A stretch of DNA of 64,000 nt from a virus. A model generated the notes under the pieces. The model saw only the letters and a list, made by a program, of their open reading frames with translations, searched no databases and had not been told where the DNA came from. Below, in pieces: positions 26,944 through 36,166 of the stretch. Numbering within the stretch: position 1 is the stretch's first letter; each line of letters opens with the position of its first letter. A program made the translations under genes and the position numbers. Where the stretch lies: positions 1-64,000 of the IMG/VR virus record IMGVR_UViG_3300010354_000057; one strand, written 5' to 3'.

Positions 26944-29303
26944 TGGAATTTACTGGATCTCTTTTTGATACTAATGCCCATGTTAATTACTGGGAAGGTA
27001 TTGTAGTTGATAGAAATGAATGGCCAAGAACAGATAACCCAATAAAAGATGCTAAAGAACTTAATAATTGGGGTTATCGTGTCAAGGTAAGAATACAAGG
27101 AATTCATCCTGCAGATAAAAATATATTACCAGATTCTAAATTACCATGGATAGAACTTCCTGGAAGTTTTTTTGGTAGTGGGCATAGAGGAACTGGATTA
27201 ACACCAGGCGTTACTCAGGGATCAATTGTCTGGGGAATTTGGGCAGTACCTTCACTTAAAAAAACTCCAATCATTCTTGGAGTAAAACAAAATAATGAGC
27301 AGACTAATTTAAAGAGGAAGCAAGAGGGTGGATTTGATCCTTTCAGTGGATTTAGTGATACTGATACTGTTCCAGGTTATTCTGTTCCATTAGTTGAAGG
27401 AAATCCATTAGAGGGAATTGCTTTTGGTAATTACTGGAACCAGTCTGATGCTGGTAAAATGGAGGAATATACTTTTGGTATAGATTCTCCCAAACCATGT
27501 ACAACAACTCCTTTGTCAGAAATACAACTTACCATACAATCTTTGATACAAAAAATTGAAAAGGTGCAGAGGCAGTTATCTACATGGAAAAACGCTGCAC
27601 AAAGTTGGATTTCCGACAAGCAAGCCTATATTAATAACTTAATTGAACAAGCAGCAAAAAAAGTTGCTGAAGGTATTAGGTGGTTAATGGAAACCATCAG
27701 AAAATATGTGATGGAATATGTGCAAGATAAGATTAAAAAGTTATACTTTTTAATTAACCCTTCTGATAGAGATAAGGCAAAAACTGCTCAAGATAAAGTA
27801 GTTGAATTAATAACATGTCTATTCAATAAGATTATTAATGGTTTATTGGGAATAGTATTGGGTTTATTGAAAAATGCTGTAGGTAAATTTATTAATGTTC
27901 CTCAATGTGTTGTTGAAAATATTATGTCTTCACTGTTAGGAAATCTTTTTGGATTTTTAGGTGGAGCAATAGACAATATATTAAGTTCTATATCATCTTT
28001 AGTTGGTAGTGCTATTAGTGTTGCTGAGGGTATTCTTGGATTAATCAAATCTATTCTTGGATTTTTCTCATGCGATGATCAGAATGAATGCCCAGAAACA
28101 ACACAATGGAATTTATGGGATGGTGGAAAACCCGCTACAACTTTTGATTTAGAATCTATATTTAATGAGGCAAAAAATATTGCTTCTAGTGTTCAAAATA
28201 TTGTAGATCCAGATAATTTTACTTTTGATTTTAGTGGTTTATTCTCTCAACTTTCAAGTGGAGTTAATAGTTGCTTTACTGGACCTGTTTTGTGTGGTCC
28301 ACCCAGAGTAGAATTTTTTGGTGGTGGTGGAAAAGGTGCTACTGCAAATGCAATAGTGAGTGCTGCTGGTGAGATATTAGGTGTTGATGTTATCACTCCT
28401 GGATCTGGATACACTAAAGCACCTTTTGTGAATATTGTTGATGACTGTGGTAAAGGAAAAGGTGCTGTTGTAAAAGCTGTTATTGGAACTCCTGCTGGAG
28501 GTTCTGGTGATGGGACTGGTGATGGTGGTGGAACTGGAGGAAATGGTACTGGTACGGGTACTGGAACTGGTACTGGAACTGGAGGAACTGGTGCTGGTAC
28601 TGGTACTGGAACTGATGGGACGGGAACTGGGGTAGGGGCAACTACCACAACAGATGGAACATTTGGTGTTATTGCTGTAATTGTTGAAGAACCTGGTTTC
28701 GATTATATTAGTTCTCCTGATGGAGACTTGGGTGGTGATGGTAGAATATGGGCTACATCGGACCAAACAATAGTTAGAAGAAGTGATGGTACTTATGACG
28801 AACCATATAATACTGCTGATGAAATATTATATTTAACTGACGGTGATTTAGTGAGCACCCCAGAAGATAGAAGTGGAATTAATTTATTAACTGGCGGTAG
28901 AGGGGGTGTTGGTGATGAAGGTGATTTTGTTATTCGCAAATTTCCTAGTAGTACTATAGGGGAATATCCAGTTTTTCTTTATCTTTGTGGTGTTGATGTA
29001 GTTAGGTCTGGTATTAATTATTCACCAACAGATAAAATTATAATTGAACCTAATATTAATGGTGCTATTCTTCAACCTGTTTGGGGTCCTTTTGGGGTAT
29101 TAGAAAAAGTAAATGTCCTATCTCCTGGAATAGGATTTACAGAGAGACCACAAATATATGTTGAAAGTGATACTGGATATAATGCTCAACTTAATCCAGT
29201 ATTCTGTGTAAATAGAGTAGGTGATGATACTGTTGGATCTTTACCACCAGATCTTACTCCAGATAAAATAGTAAAAGTTGTAGACTGTGTTGGAATAGTT
29301 TAA
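26943..29303 (+). CDS. gp5: Baseplate hub/spike gp5-like protein
   Basis: W.G.V, R.KVRI.G.H, LPW, P.ILG OB-fold N-terminus. Confidence 0.8.
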   Translation: MEFTGSLFDTNAHVNYWEGIVVDRNEWPRTDNPIKDAKELNNWGYRVKVRIQGIHPADKNILPDSKLPWIELPGSFFGSGHRGTGLTPGVTQGSIVWGIWAVPSLKKTPIILGVKQNNEQTNLKRKQEGGFDPFSGFSDTDTVPGYSVPLVEGNPLEGIAFGNYWNQSDAGKMEEYTFGIDSPKPCTTTPLSEIQLTIQSLIQKIEKVQRQLSTWKNAAQSWISDKQAYINNLIEQAAKKVAEGIRWLMETIRKYVMEYVQDKIKKLYFLINPSDRDKAKTAQDKVVELITCLFNKIINGLLGIVLGLLKNAVGKFINVPQCVVENIMSSLLGNLFGFLGGAIDNILSSISSLVGSAISVAEGILGLIKSILGFFSCDDQNECPETTQWNLWDGGKPATTFDLESIFNEAKNIASSVQNIVDPDNFTFDFSGLFSQLSSGVNSCFTGPVLCGPPRVEFFGGGGKGATANAIVSAAGEILGVDVITPGSGYTKAPFVNIVDDCGKGKGAVVKAVIGTPAGGSGDGTGDGGGTGGNGTGTGTGTGTGTGGTGAGTGTGTDGTGTGVGATTTTDGTFGVIAVIVEEPGFDYISSPDGDLGGDGRIWATSDQTIVRRSDGTYDEPYNTADEILYLTDGDLVSTPEDRSGINLLTGGRGGVGDEGDFVIRKFPSSTIGEYPVFLYLCGVDVVRSGINYSPTDKIIIEPNINGAILQPVWGPFGVLEKVNVLSPGIGFTERPQIYVESDTGYNAQLNPVFCVNRVGDDTVGSLPPDLTPDKIVKVVDCVGIV
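28495..28660 (+). repeat. Gly-Thr low-complexity repeat inside gp5
   Basis: Degenerate GGNACN hexamer tandem array. Confidence 0.85.
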
Positions 29304-29881
29304 TGGCAAAACCTAAAACAGAAGCAAGAAGATTTGGCACACATGAAGGTGAAATAAAATTTGGTCATGTTGACATGAATGGTTCAATGTCTGGGGTTCA
29401 ATTAAGAAATGGACCACCAGGACCAGAAGCAGAACATTTTATGCAGTTTTGTTCTACTGGTAAGATGAAAGGTGGAACAATTAATCGTTGCCCAACAGTA
29501 TATCAAATACATTGTGCTGAAAAATCTGTTGATGGGATAGGATTTATATTAAACGTTGCTGATGGTGACATTGTTTTACGTGCTGCCAACGGAAGAATAA
29601 GATTAATAGCAGATAATATTGATCTAAAAGCAAGAGGAAAGAATGGTAAAAATGGTTTTATAAACTTTGATGCCGATGAAAAAGTTGTAATGAGAGCAAA
29701 AAATATAGAAGTAAATGGAACATCAGTTGTTAAATTCTTTTCTTCTGGATTGTGTGAAATCGTTGGTAAAAATACTTTAAATTTTTACGGTGGATTAGTT
29801 GACTGTGCTGATGGTGCAACAACTGGATTAAATTCTAAACATACTTCTGGCTTAGAACTTCAAGAAATGCTTACCTTATAA
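29303..29881 (+). CDS. Baseplate/spike-associated protein
   Basis: Beta-rich GDI.L.A.NGRIRL.A.NI repeats following gp5. Confidence 0.55.
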   Translation: MAKPKTEARRFGTHEGEIKFGHVDMNGSMSGVQLRNGPPGPEAEHFMQFCSTGKMKGGTINRCPTVYQIHCAEKSVDGIGFILNVADGDIVLRAANGRIRLIADNIDLKARGKNGKNGFINFDADEKVVMRAKNIEVNGTSVVKFFSSGLCEIVGKNTLNFYGGLVDCADGATTGLNSKHTSGLELQEMLTL

Positions 29882-29885
29882 AAAT

Positions 29886-30569
29886 ATGAAACTACCAGAC
29901 ATAGAAATAGGAAAAAGATTATTCCTCGGTAAAGGTAATCCAACTCAAGTTTTAGGTGTTGGACCAACTGAGGTAAGAGGATCTGGATATTTGGAGGGTC
30001 CGACTGTAACTGGAGACCCATCACTATTTAAACCACTACCGCAAGAAATGGCCACTGTTATGTGTGGTCCAACTAAGAACCCAGACGTTGTGAAAGTTGG
30101 GACAATACCATTTCTTTCTCTTTTTGTTCAAACTTATGCCAGAATAAAATCGTTTTTAAAAGTTGATTTATTGTTATCAGTGAAATTAATCAAAGCTGAT
30201 ATAATTTATACTAATGTTTTGATGGCAAATACTAAAAATTTTGTAATAGATCATCCATTAAAAGAAGGTAAGAAATTAGTTCATGGATGTCTTGAAGGTC
30301 CAGAACATTCGGTATATGTGAGAGGTAGATTAATTGATAAAAACGTGATAGAATTGCCAGATTATTGGGTTGGTTTAGTTGATGAGAGTACAATAACTGT
30401 ATCATTAACACCAATTTCTGCTGAGCAATCCTTATTTGTTAAAAATATACAAAACAATACTATTACAATTGGTGGATATGATACTGAATTTGGTCCGCTA
30501 CCAATCAATTGTTTTTATCATGTATTTGCTGAAAGAAAAGATGTAAATAAATTAGAAACTGAGATATAA
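29886..30569 (+). CDS. Virion protein with C-terminal K.F.I.HP..CLEGP chaperone-like domain
   Basis: KNFVIDHP..LVHGCLEGPE..RG..LPDYW..LTP..AERKD; paralog of the next ORF. Confidence 0.7.
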   Translation: MKLPDIEIGKRLFLGKGNPTQVLGVGPTEVRGSGYLEGPTVTGDPSLFKPLPQEMATVMCGPTKNPDVVKVGTIPFLSLFVQTYARIKSFLKVDLLLSVKLIKADIIYTNVLMANTKNFVIDHPLKEGKKLVHGCLEGPEHSVYVRGRLIDKNVIELPDYWVGLVDESTITVSLTPISAEQSLFVKNIQNNTITIGGYDTEFGPLPINCFYHVFAERKDVNKLETEI

Positions 30570-30571
30570 TT

Positions 30572-31372
30572 ATGCCAGGATTTCCATTTAAAAATTATGG
30601 TACTTTCACAGGACCAGCAAAAAATTATGTTTTTAATGATAGTGATGCTACTTGGTGGAGTGACATTCCCATTGACACTTCTTTTAAATTAACTGATATT
30701 GGAGTTTTATTTTTTAATAACCAGGCGGATTATGCGTATTTTCACCTCTATGGTGTGTCAACAGCGTTAGTTACATTTGAAAAGAATAGTGGAGACTTAC
30801 CCAATTTACTTGCAAATATTCAAAATACAATATTTAATGGGAATATAATTATCAATGGAACAACAGTAGCGAATGATAATATCGTATGTAATGCTAACGT
30901 TGCCTGTAATGGAGTTTTAAATCTATCTGGAGTTGGAAATGCTGCTTCATACATGACAACTACCAGAACAATTGCACAATCTAAAAAATCTTTTGACATT
31001 CCTCATCCATCAAAAGATGATCATAGACTTAGGTATGTTTGTTTAGAAGGTCCAGCAGCAGAAGTTTATATTAGAGGTAAATTGGAGAATGAGAATGTTA
31101 TATCTTTACCAGAATATTGGACCGACTTAATTGATCAGGAAACAATAGGTGTGTCACTAACACCTATTGGGTATCATCAAGAATTGTTTGTAGAAAAAAT
31201 AGAATGGGGATCTAGAATTATTATTAAAAACAATTCTGGTGGATCTGTAAACTGTTATTATACTGTTACTGCAGAAAGAAAAGATACTCCAAAAAATATT
31301 CCAGAATACAAGGGGTTGACACCTAATGATTATCCAGGAGATAATAGTACATATAATGTAAATGGTTTATAG
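30572..31372 (+). CDS. Virion protein with C-terminal K.F.I.HP..CLEGP chaperone-like domain
   Basis: KSFDIPHP..LRYVCLEGP..RG..LPEYW..LTP..AERKD. Confidence 0.7.
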   Translation: MPGFPFKNYGTFTGPAKNYVFNDSDATWWSDIPIDTSFKLTDIGVLFFNNQADYAYFHLYGVSTALVTFEKNSGDLPNLLANIQNTIFNGNIIINGTTVANDNIVCNANVACNGVLNLSGVGNAASYMTTTRTIAQSKKSFDIPHPSKDDHRLRYVCLEGPAAEVYIRGKLENENVISLPEYWTDLIDQETIGVSLTPIGYHQELFVEKIEWGSRIIIKNNSGGSVNCYYTVTAERKDTPKNIPEYKGLTPNDYPGDNSTYNVNGL

Positions 31373-32049
31373 TGAATAAAGTTCATGAATTGTTTCCCTT
31401 GGTTGTTTATCAGGGGACTATAGATTGTCATAATGAATTTAAAGAGAAACATATAAATTCATTACGTGATTATTGGTTTAATGGATATCAAAATGAAAGT
31501 CCAGAATATTCTGGACGTATATTTGTTCATCATAAAAAAGAATATAAAATGTTTTTTGATGATCTTAAAAAAAATTTAGATCAATATATGGAACATTTGA
31601 ATGTTGACTATAATAAATTGAGTTATCATATAATTAAAGCGTGGGTTGGGTATCACAAAGATGATGAAACACCATCTATTCAACCACATTATCATAATGA
31701 ATCTAACATTAGTTTTGTATATTATTTAAAAACTGATGATACCTCAGATAAACTCTGTATTCAACAGCAAACAAATCGTAATGAAGTTGCTGGTGGATTA
31801 TTTGAAGTTGCCCAACAAAGAAATACTTTGTTGGGATATAACAAATATAATTGCAATTACTACACGATCACACCAACTGAGGGAACGGTTGTAATGTTTC
31901 CGAGTGATGTGTATCATTTCACTCAAAAAACAACCGAAAGAAAAGGTGAAAGAATTGTTATTCCTGGCGACATTAGGATAACTTTAAAAGAAGATAATCC
32001 AGATTATCATCAAGGATCTACACACCCATCTCAGTGGTTGGAACTTTAA
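31372..32049 (+). CDS. Putative 2OG-Fe(II) oxygenase
   Basis: LFP, AW, HYH..SNISFVYY, P.EG.VVMFPS..YH, R.VI. Confidence 0.82.
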   Translation: MNKVHELFPLVVYQGTIDCHNEFKEKHINSLRDYWFNGYQNESPEYSGRIFVHHKKEYKMFFDDLKKNLDQYMEHLNVDYNKLSYHIIKAWVGYHKDDETPSIQPHYHNESNISFVYYLKTDDTSDKLCIQQQTNRNEVAGGLFEVAQQRNTLLGYNKYNCNYYTITPTEGTVVMFPSDVYHFTQKTTERKGERIVIPGDIRITLKEDNPDYHQGSTHPSQWLEL

Positions 32050-32767
32050 CTAAAGTTTCTGGGCAAATTTTTTCATATAACTTTCTTTGTTCAGAAGCCC
32101 ACATCTCGTTTCTTAACATCCAGTCTATTTCATAATCAAATGAAATATGTTCTTTACCAATGTAACGATCTAAATATGATTTGATTAAAGTTTCTCCAAG
32201 AGAAACATCACACCAATCATTATCATGCATTTCTTTTATATGTTCATATAGTTTCATATATTTTTTCATCCAATAACCATTACCATAAGCAAAATAATCA
32301 ACATAAGAATCTCCTGGTTCACATGGACCTGGATGTACTTTCCATGCTGGAATTACCAAATCTTTGTTTTGTTTTATATTGAAATTTTTTGTAGAAAAAT
32401 CGCTTCTACATTTAATAACAATATCATAATCCATTGGATTAAAAAGTCTTAGTCCCAAATAAATGCAATACCATTGTCTCAAAATTCTATAAGACCAATC
32501 TCTTCCATTTATTTCAAGACCATTTAGTTTAAAATCAAATTCTGGTAATGTTTCTTTTTCTCTAAAAATATAATTTTCTGGTTTATACAAATCTATTAAT
32601 TTATTAGTGTCAATGTTTATTGTCCCAGAACCCATGTAAAGTTCTGAATATGTGTATGAACTAATAAAAACATCTGTAGAATATTTTTCAATAATATTTT
32701 TTTTTGTGTTTGGATAGTGTTCTTCCCAATTTCTCATGTAACCAGTTAAAATCAAAGCAACTTTCAT
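32018..32767 (-). CDS. Putative glycosyltransferase-like protein
   Basis: MKVAL.L.G..R, DVFIS, YDIVIK.R.D, D.FAYG, E.L motifs. Confidence 0.55.
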   Translation of the reverse strand: MKVALILTGYMRNWEEHYPNTKKNIIEKYSTDVFISSYTYSELYMGSGTINIDTNKLIDLYKPENYIFREKETLPEFDFKLNGLEINGRDWSYRILRQWYCIYLGLRLFNPMDYDIVIKCRSDFSTKNFNIKQNKDLVIPAWKVHPGPCEPGDSYVDYFAYGNGYWMKKYMKLYEHIKEMHDNDWCDVSLGETLIKSYLDRYIGKEHISFDYEIDWMLRNEMWASEQRKLYEKICPETLVKVPTTEMGV

Positions 32768-32803
32768 ATTAAAAAATAAATAACTTAACAGTACAATATA
32801 GTT

Positions 32804-34003
32804 ATGACCACATTATCAACAGTTGGACAAACAGTTGTTTCTGGATTAACTTCAGAATCTTCAAATAGAACGGAAAGTAATTCTACATTTTCTGTTCCAT
32901 TGGGGATTGCTGGTACTTCTATTAGTCAATATCAATTGCCTGCTAGAGAATTAGATCTTGAAATACTTGAAAATGTTCAACCAATATTAGATCAGATAAA
33001 TTCTAAAAAATCACAAATAGTTGCTATATGTAATCAGGTAATGTCCTCTTACATTCCAGGAATAGCACCTCCATTGTGTGCAGTTGAACCAGATAAATCA
33101 AATTTGGATTCGCCTGTCACATCTGATAAGGGTGAATATCCTGCGGTAATAGGTGGATTTAGTGGTGCTGGAACTCCTAATCCAGGAACACCTCAGATTG
33201 CATATGCTAATGTTAGACCAGATAATATAAGAATATTAAGATATCCTAATCTAGAAAATAGAGTTGCTCCTAATGATAATGCTTTAGAAAACTATAAATT
33301 TCCTGTATTGACATCTCAGAATGCTGGACAAGGAAAGATAGATTCTTTTTTCAAAAATTCAAAGTATAATGATGGCGTTCTTACTTATTACGTCACTAGT
33401 GATTCTGGTAATTGGAGTAGTGAAGATTGGAACAGTAATAGTAATGTAATAGGTCAATATGTAAAAGTTACTGGACCAGGAATTGGTACTGTTGGTGTTC
33501 CTGGTGCCTATGATCATCCATCCAAAACATTTACGCCAGAACCAGAGTATTCTGCTATAGTATCTGGTTTAACTGGTATTACTACTGGAACATTTAATGG
33601 CACTAGCGTTAATTTTAATCCAACAACATTAAAAATGGAATCGACTGGGATATTTCCACTGTTTATTTCTACTCCTGGAACTCTTGTAATTGCTGCTGGT
33701 GCTAACGCTACAACAATAATCAACAATATTAGTACTTTAGAGTCTGAAATTGAAGCATTACGAGTTGGAATTAGTACATGGTTTAGTGAAGTAAATAGTT
33801 TAAAAGAAAGAAGGCATGGGCAACAATTAAGAGTATGGAGTTATAAGAGAGTACAAACTAGAAATAGTAGTGAAAATGTTAATATTGGATTGGGTGTTTC
33901 ATCAGTTGAAAGAGTTGATCCTAGGTTGCCAACAACAATTTACAAATTTGATAGTGAAGATTATAGATTTGATGATACAAGTATAAAATTCGATGCTAAT
34001 TGA
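32804..34003 (+). CDS. Virion structural protein
   Basis: S/T/G-rich, late-promoter-like ATAAATA upstream, FD-repeat C-terminus. Confidence 0.55.
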   Translation: MTTLSTVGQTVVSGLTSESSNRTESNSTFSVPLGIAGTSISQYQLPARELDLEILENVQPILDQINSKKSQIVAICNQVMSSYIPGIAPPLCAVEPDKSNLDSPVTSDKGEYPAVIGGFSGAGTPNPGTPQIAYANVRPDNIRILRYPNLENRVAPNDNALENYKFPVLTSQNAGQGKIDSFFKNSKYNDGVLTYYVTSDSGNWSSEDWNSNSNVIGQYVKVTGPGIGTVGVPGAYDHPSKTFTPEPEYSAIVSGLTGITTGTFNGTSVNFNPTTLKMESTGIFPLFISTPGTLVIAAGANATTIINNISTLESEIEALRVGISTWFSEVNSLKERRHGQQLRVWSYKRVQTRNSSENVNIGLGVSSVERVDPRLPTTIYKFDSEDYRFDDTSIKFDAN

Positions 34004-34034
34004 TAATAAATAATAAGAAAATTATTTTATAATA

Positions 34035-34631
34035 ATGGCAAAATCACTTATTAGCATTGGATCGACATCTAATGATGGAACTGGAGATACACTAAGAGCA
34101 GGGGCGGAAAAAATCAATGCCAATTTTGATGAAATCTACAGTACATTTGGAAATGGAACAACTTTAAGTACGACAGTTGCAAACGCATCATCTTCTTCTT
34201 ATGCGTCTGTTGCTGGAATTGCAACTATTGCACAGGGATTGAGTGGTGTTCCTAATATTACCGCTGGTATTGTAACTACGTCTGGTAATTTGAATGTAGT
34301 TGGAATTATCACTTCATCTGGGGCAACAATTTATAACACAACTACTTTGAGTAATGTAGTTATTAGTGGTGTAAATACTCACAGTGGTGTTTCTAATTTT
34401 ACCACTACTGTTAATTTTAGTGGAACTGCTAATAGTATTAATCAATCAGCAGGAACTGCTGCTATTAATAGATTGGTTGTATCTGGTGTTACTACCTCTG
34501 GTGTTGGTAATACTGCAACACTTGGTACTAACAGCACTATGCAATTCTTCCTTCAAAATGATACAACCCTTAGGGTTGCAGTCAGAGGTAGTGATGGTGT
34601 AACTAGATATGGAACAATCGCACTAGCATAA
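34035..34631 (+). CDS. Fibre/baseplate protein with gp9/gp10-like N-terminal domain
   Basis: I.IG...NDGTGD.LR....KIN.NF.EIY. Confidence 0.78.
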   Translation: MAKSLISIGSTSNDGTGDTLRAGAEKINANFDEIYSTFGNGTTLSTTVANASSSSYASVAGIATIAQGLSGVPNITAGIVTTSGNLNVVGIITSSGATIYNTTTLSNVVISGVNTHSGVSNFTTTVNFSGTANSINQSAGTAAINRLVVSGVTTSGVGNTATLGTNSTMQFFLQNDTTLRVAVRGSDGVTRYGTIALA

Positions 34632-34635
34632 AGAC

Positions 34636-34664
34636 TTGACAGACGGTTTTTGACCATGTATAAT
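34636..34664 (+). promoter_or_regulatory. Consensus sigma70 promoter
   Basis: TTGACA-N17-TATAAT. Confidence 0.85.
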
Positions 34665-34688
34665 GATGAGGTAAACAAAGGTGATGCC

Positions 34689-34889
34689 ATGATTGATTAT
34701 GAAGATGAGTATCTCACACGTTGTGTCGTGGATCCCAGCACTCGTACTTTTTTCATTTACTCCAATTTAGGTACTGAAAAAGTAATTGATTGTGCTAATA
34801 GTAATGAATTCCTGAATGTTCTCAGTTTTGTTCGGAGTATTCTTGGATCAGATACTTTAGTTTACGCCGATCCCCTTGTGAAAGGGTGA
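34689..34889 (+). CDS. Hypothetical protein
   Basis: ORF downstream of promoter; AAAGGTGA RBS. Confidence 0.65.
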   Translation: MIDYEDEYLTRCVVDPSTRTFFIYSNLGTEKVIDCANSNEFLNVLSFVRSILGSDTLVYADPLVKG

Positions 34890-34894
34890 TCTTT

Positions 34895-34965
34895 GCGGGC
34901 ATGGTGTAGCGGTAACATACCATCCTTCCAAGTTGTAGTCACGGGTTCGATCCCCGTTGCCCGCT
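34895..34965 (+). tRNA. tRNA-Gly(TCC)
   Basis: GCGGGCA/TGCCCGC acceptor stem, CTTCCAA anticodon loop, GGTTCGATCC T arm. Confidence 0.9.
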
Positions 34966-34986
34966 TACCAAAATTGGACTTTAATT

Positions 34987-35022
34987 CCATTTTTGGTCGA
35001 AAAAATTTCCCGCCAAAAATTT
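34987..35022. repeat. 36-bp A-tract palindromic element, copy B
   Basis: CCATTTTT-ggt-CGAAAAAATTTC-cCG-cca-AAAATTT. Confidence 0.6.
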
Positions 35023-35038
35023 GCTAAAAACCCTTTTT

Positions 35039-35248
35039 ATGAATCCTTATCAAATTTCGTATAAAAAACTGAAAGAGGAAACTATTAAAACTACACCTGA
35101 AAATGTGAAAGAAGCAAATGAGGGATTATTTAATTGTACAATGACACTTCCCACTGCTGCTAAGCATTGTGGAATGTCCCAAAAAGAAATGAAATTGACA
35201 TTTTACGAATATCTTAAATATAATCCAAAAACATATGTGGGGGAATAA
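35039..35248 (+). CDS. Conserved cyanophage hypothetical protein (possible HTH)
   Basis: KTTPENV.EAN..LF...M.LP.AAKHCGM..KEMK.TF. Confidence 0.7.
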   Translation: MNPYQISYKKLKEETIKTTPENVKEANEGLFNCTMTLPTAAKHCGMSQKEMKLTFYEYLKYNPKTYVGE

Positions 35249-35303
35249 CTAAAGGGATTGAGGATAACTCTCCGCCCCCACCTATATAAAAAAAGAGATT
35301 CTT

Positions 35304-35579
35304 ATGGCGTATAGAATCGATACCACTTATTGTTGGTATACTATTGAGGGTCAGGATACTATTGTTAAAATGTATTTTATCAATGGAGTTCCTTTTACAT
35401 TTGATGAACTCCCATCAATTGCAATTAATGATCCAGAGATACTTTCTATAGCCGATAAAAACACTTCTTTTCAACCAGAAGATTTGTATAGAACATCTTT
35501 TTATTTGATAGATGAGCAAGTGCATCCTTTTTTATTTCCAGTAGATCTAGAAAACCCAGAGGAATTACCAGATGATTGA
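35304..35579 (+). CDS. Conserved cyanophage hypothetical protein
   Basis: YCWY..IVKMYFI..VPFTFDEL..YL..E..HP..F. Confidence 0.7.
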   Translation: MAYRIDTTYCWYTIEGQDTIVKMYFINGVPFTFDELPSIAINDPEILSIADKNTSFQPEDLYRTSFYLIDEQVHPFLFPVDLENPEELPDD

Positions 35580-36060
35580 AGAATTTTGTAGATACTTTGA
35601 AGGTTATTTTAATAACCAAAAACAAGCATTTGCAAATCCAAGTGAATTTGCTCTTATAGAGATTGAACATCATCAAATTTCTAGTAATAAATTTAAAGCA
35701 TCTCAAAAATATAATACTGATCCAAATCCATATAGAAAAACAATTATTGAAGTAATTGAAAAAAAAGATCATCTTCTTTTAAAAAATTATAAAGATAATG
35801 AAGAAATGAATTATCTTTCTGGTTGTGATGTTATCATGAAATATAAAGATGGTAAGTTTTTTGGTAAAAATTCCTGTAAAGAATGTATTGTACCTTGGGG
35901 AGACAAGACTACATATTTAATGACTGAAAGTATTCTTGGTGAAAACCTCTATGAAGTCATTGATCAAGGATTTAATGTAGAAAGTGATGGGCAAATCTGG
36001 GGATCTTTTAATGGATTTTTTAGATTTGATAAAATTAAATCGCTTAAAACTGGGGAGTAA
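35572..36060 (+). CDS. cpeT: CpcT/CpeT-type phycobiliprotein lyase
   Basis: G.FNN..QA..NP..FA, PYR, GCD, C.V, D.G...QIWGS..G.F.F. Confidence 0.85.
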   Translation: MIEEFCRYFEGYFNNQKQAFANPSEFALIEIEHHQISSNKFKASQKYNTDPNPYRKTIIEVIEKKDHLLLKNYKDNEEMNYLSGCDVIMKYKDGKFFGKNSCKECIVPWGDKTTYLMTESILGENLYEVIDQGFNVESDGQIWGSFNGFFRFDKIKSLKTGE

Positions 36061-36072
36061 TCCTCTATTTTC

Positions 36073-36146
36073 GCCTTCGTAGCTCAGTTGGATAGAGCAG
36101 GGCTTTTGTAAAGCTCAGGTCGCAAGTTCAAGTCTTGTCGGGGGCT
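36073..36146 (+). tRNA. tRNA-Thr(TGT)
   Basis: GCCTTCG/CGGGGGC acceptor stem, AGCTCAG D arm, GGGCT-TTTGTAA-AGCTC anticodon arm, GTTCAAGTC T loop. Confidence 0.92.
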
Positions 36147-36166
36147 TTGAGTTTATAACTCTAATA

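Noticed and set aside
35237-35281. GTGGGGG/CCCCCAC inverted repeat
   Set aside because: Only 7 bp with a long loop and no U-tract; insufficient support for a call
34895-36146. tRNAs as prophage or island attachment sites
   Set aside because: No integrase and no duplicated tRNA 3' end seen; context is a lytic T4-like genome
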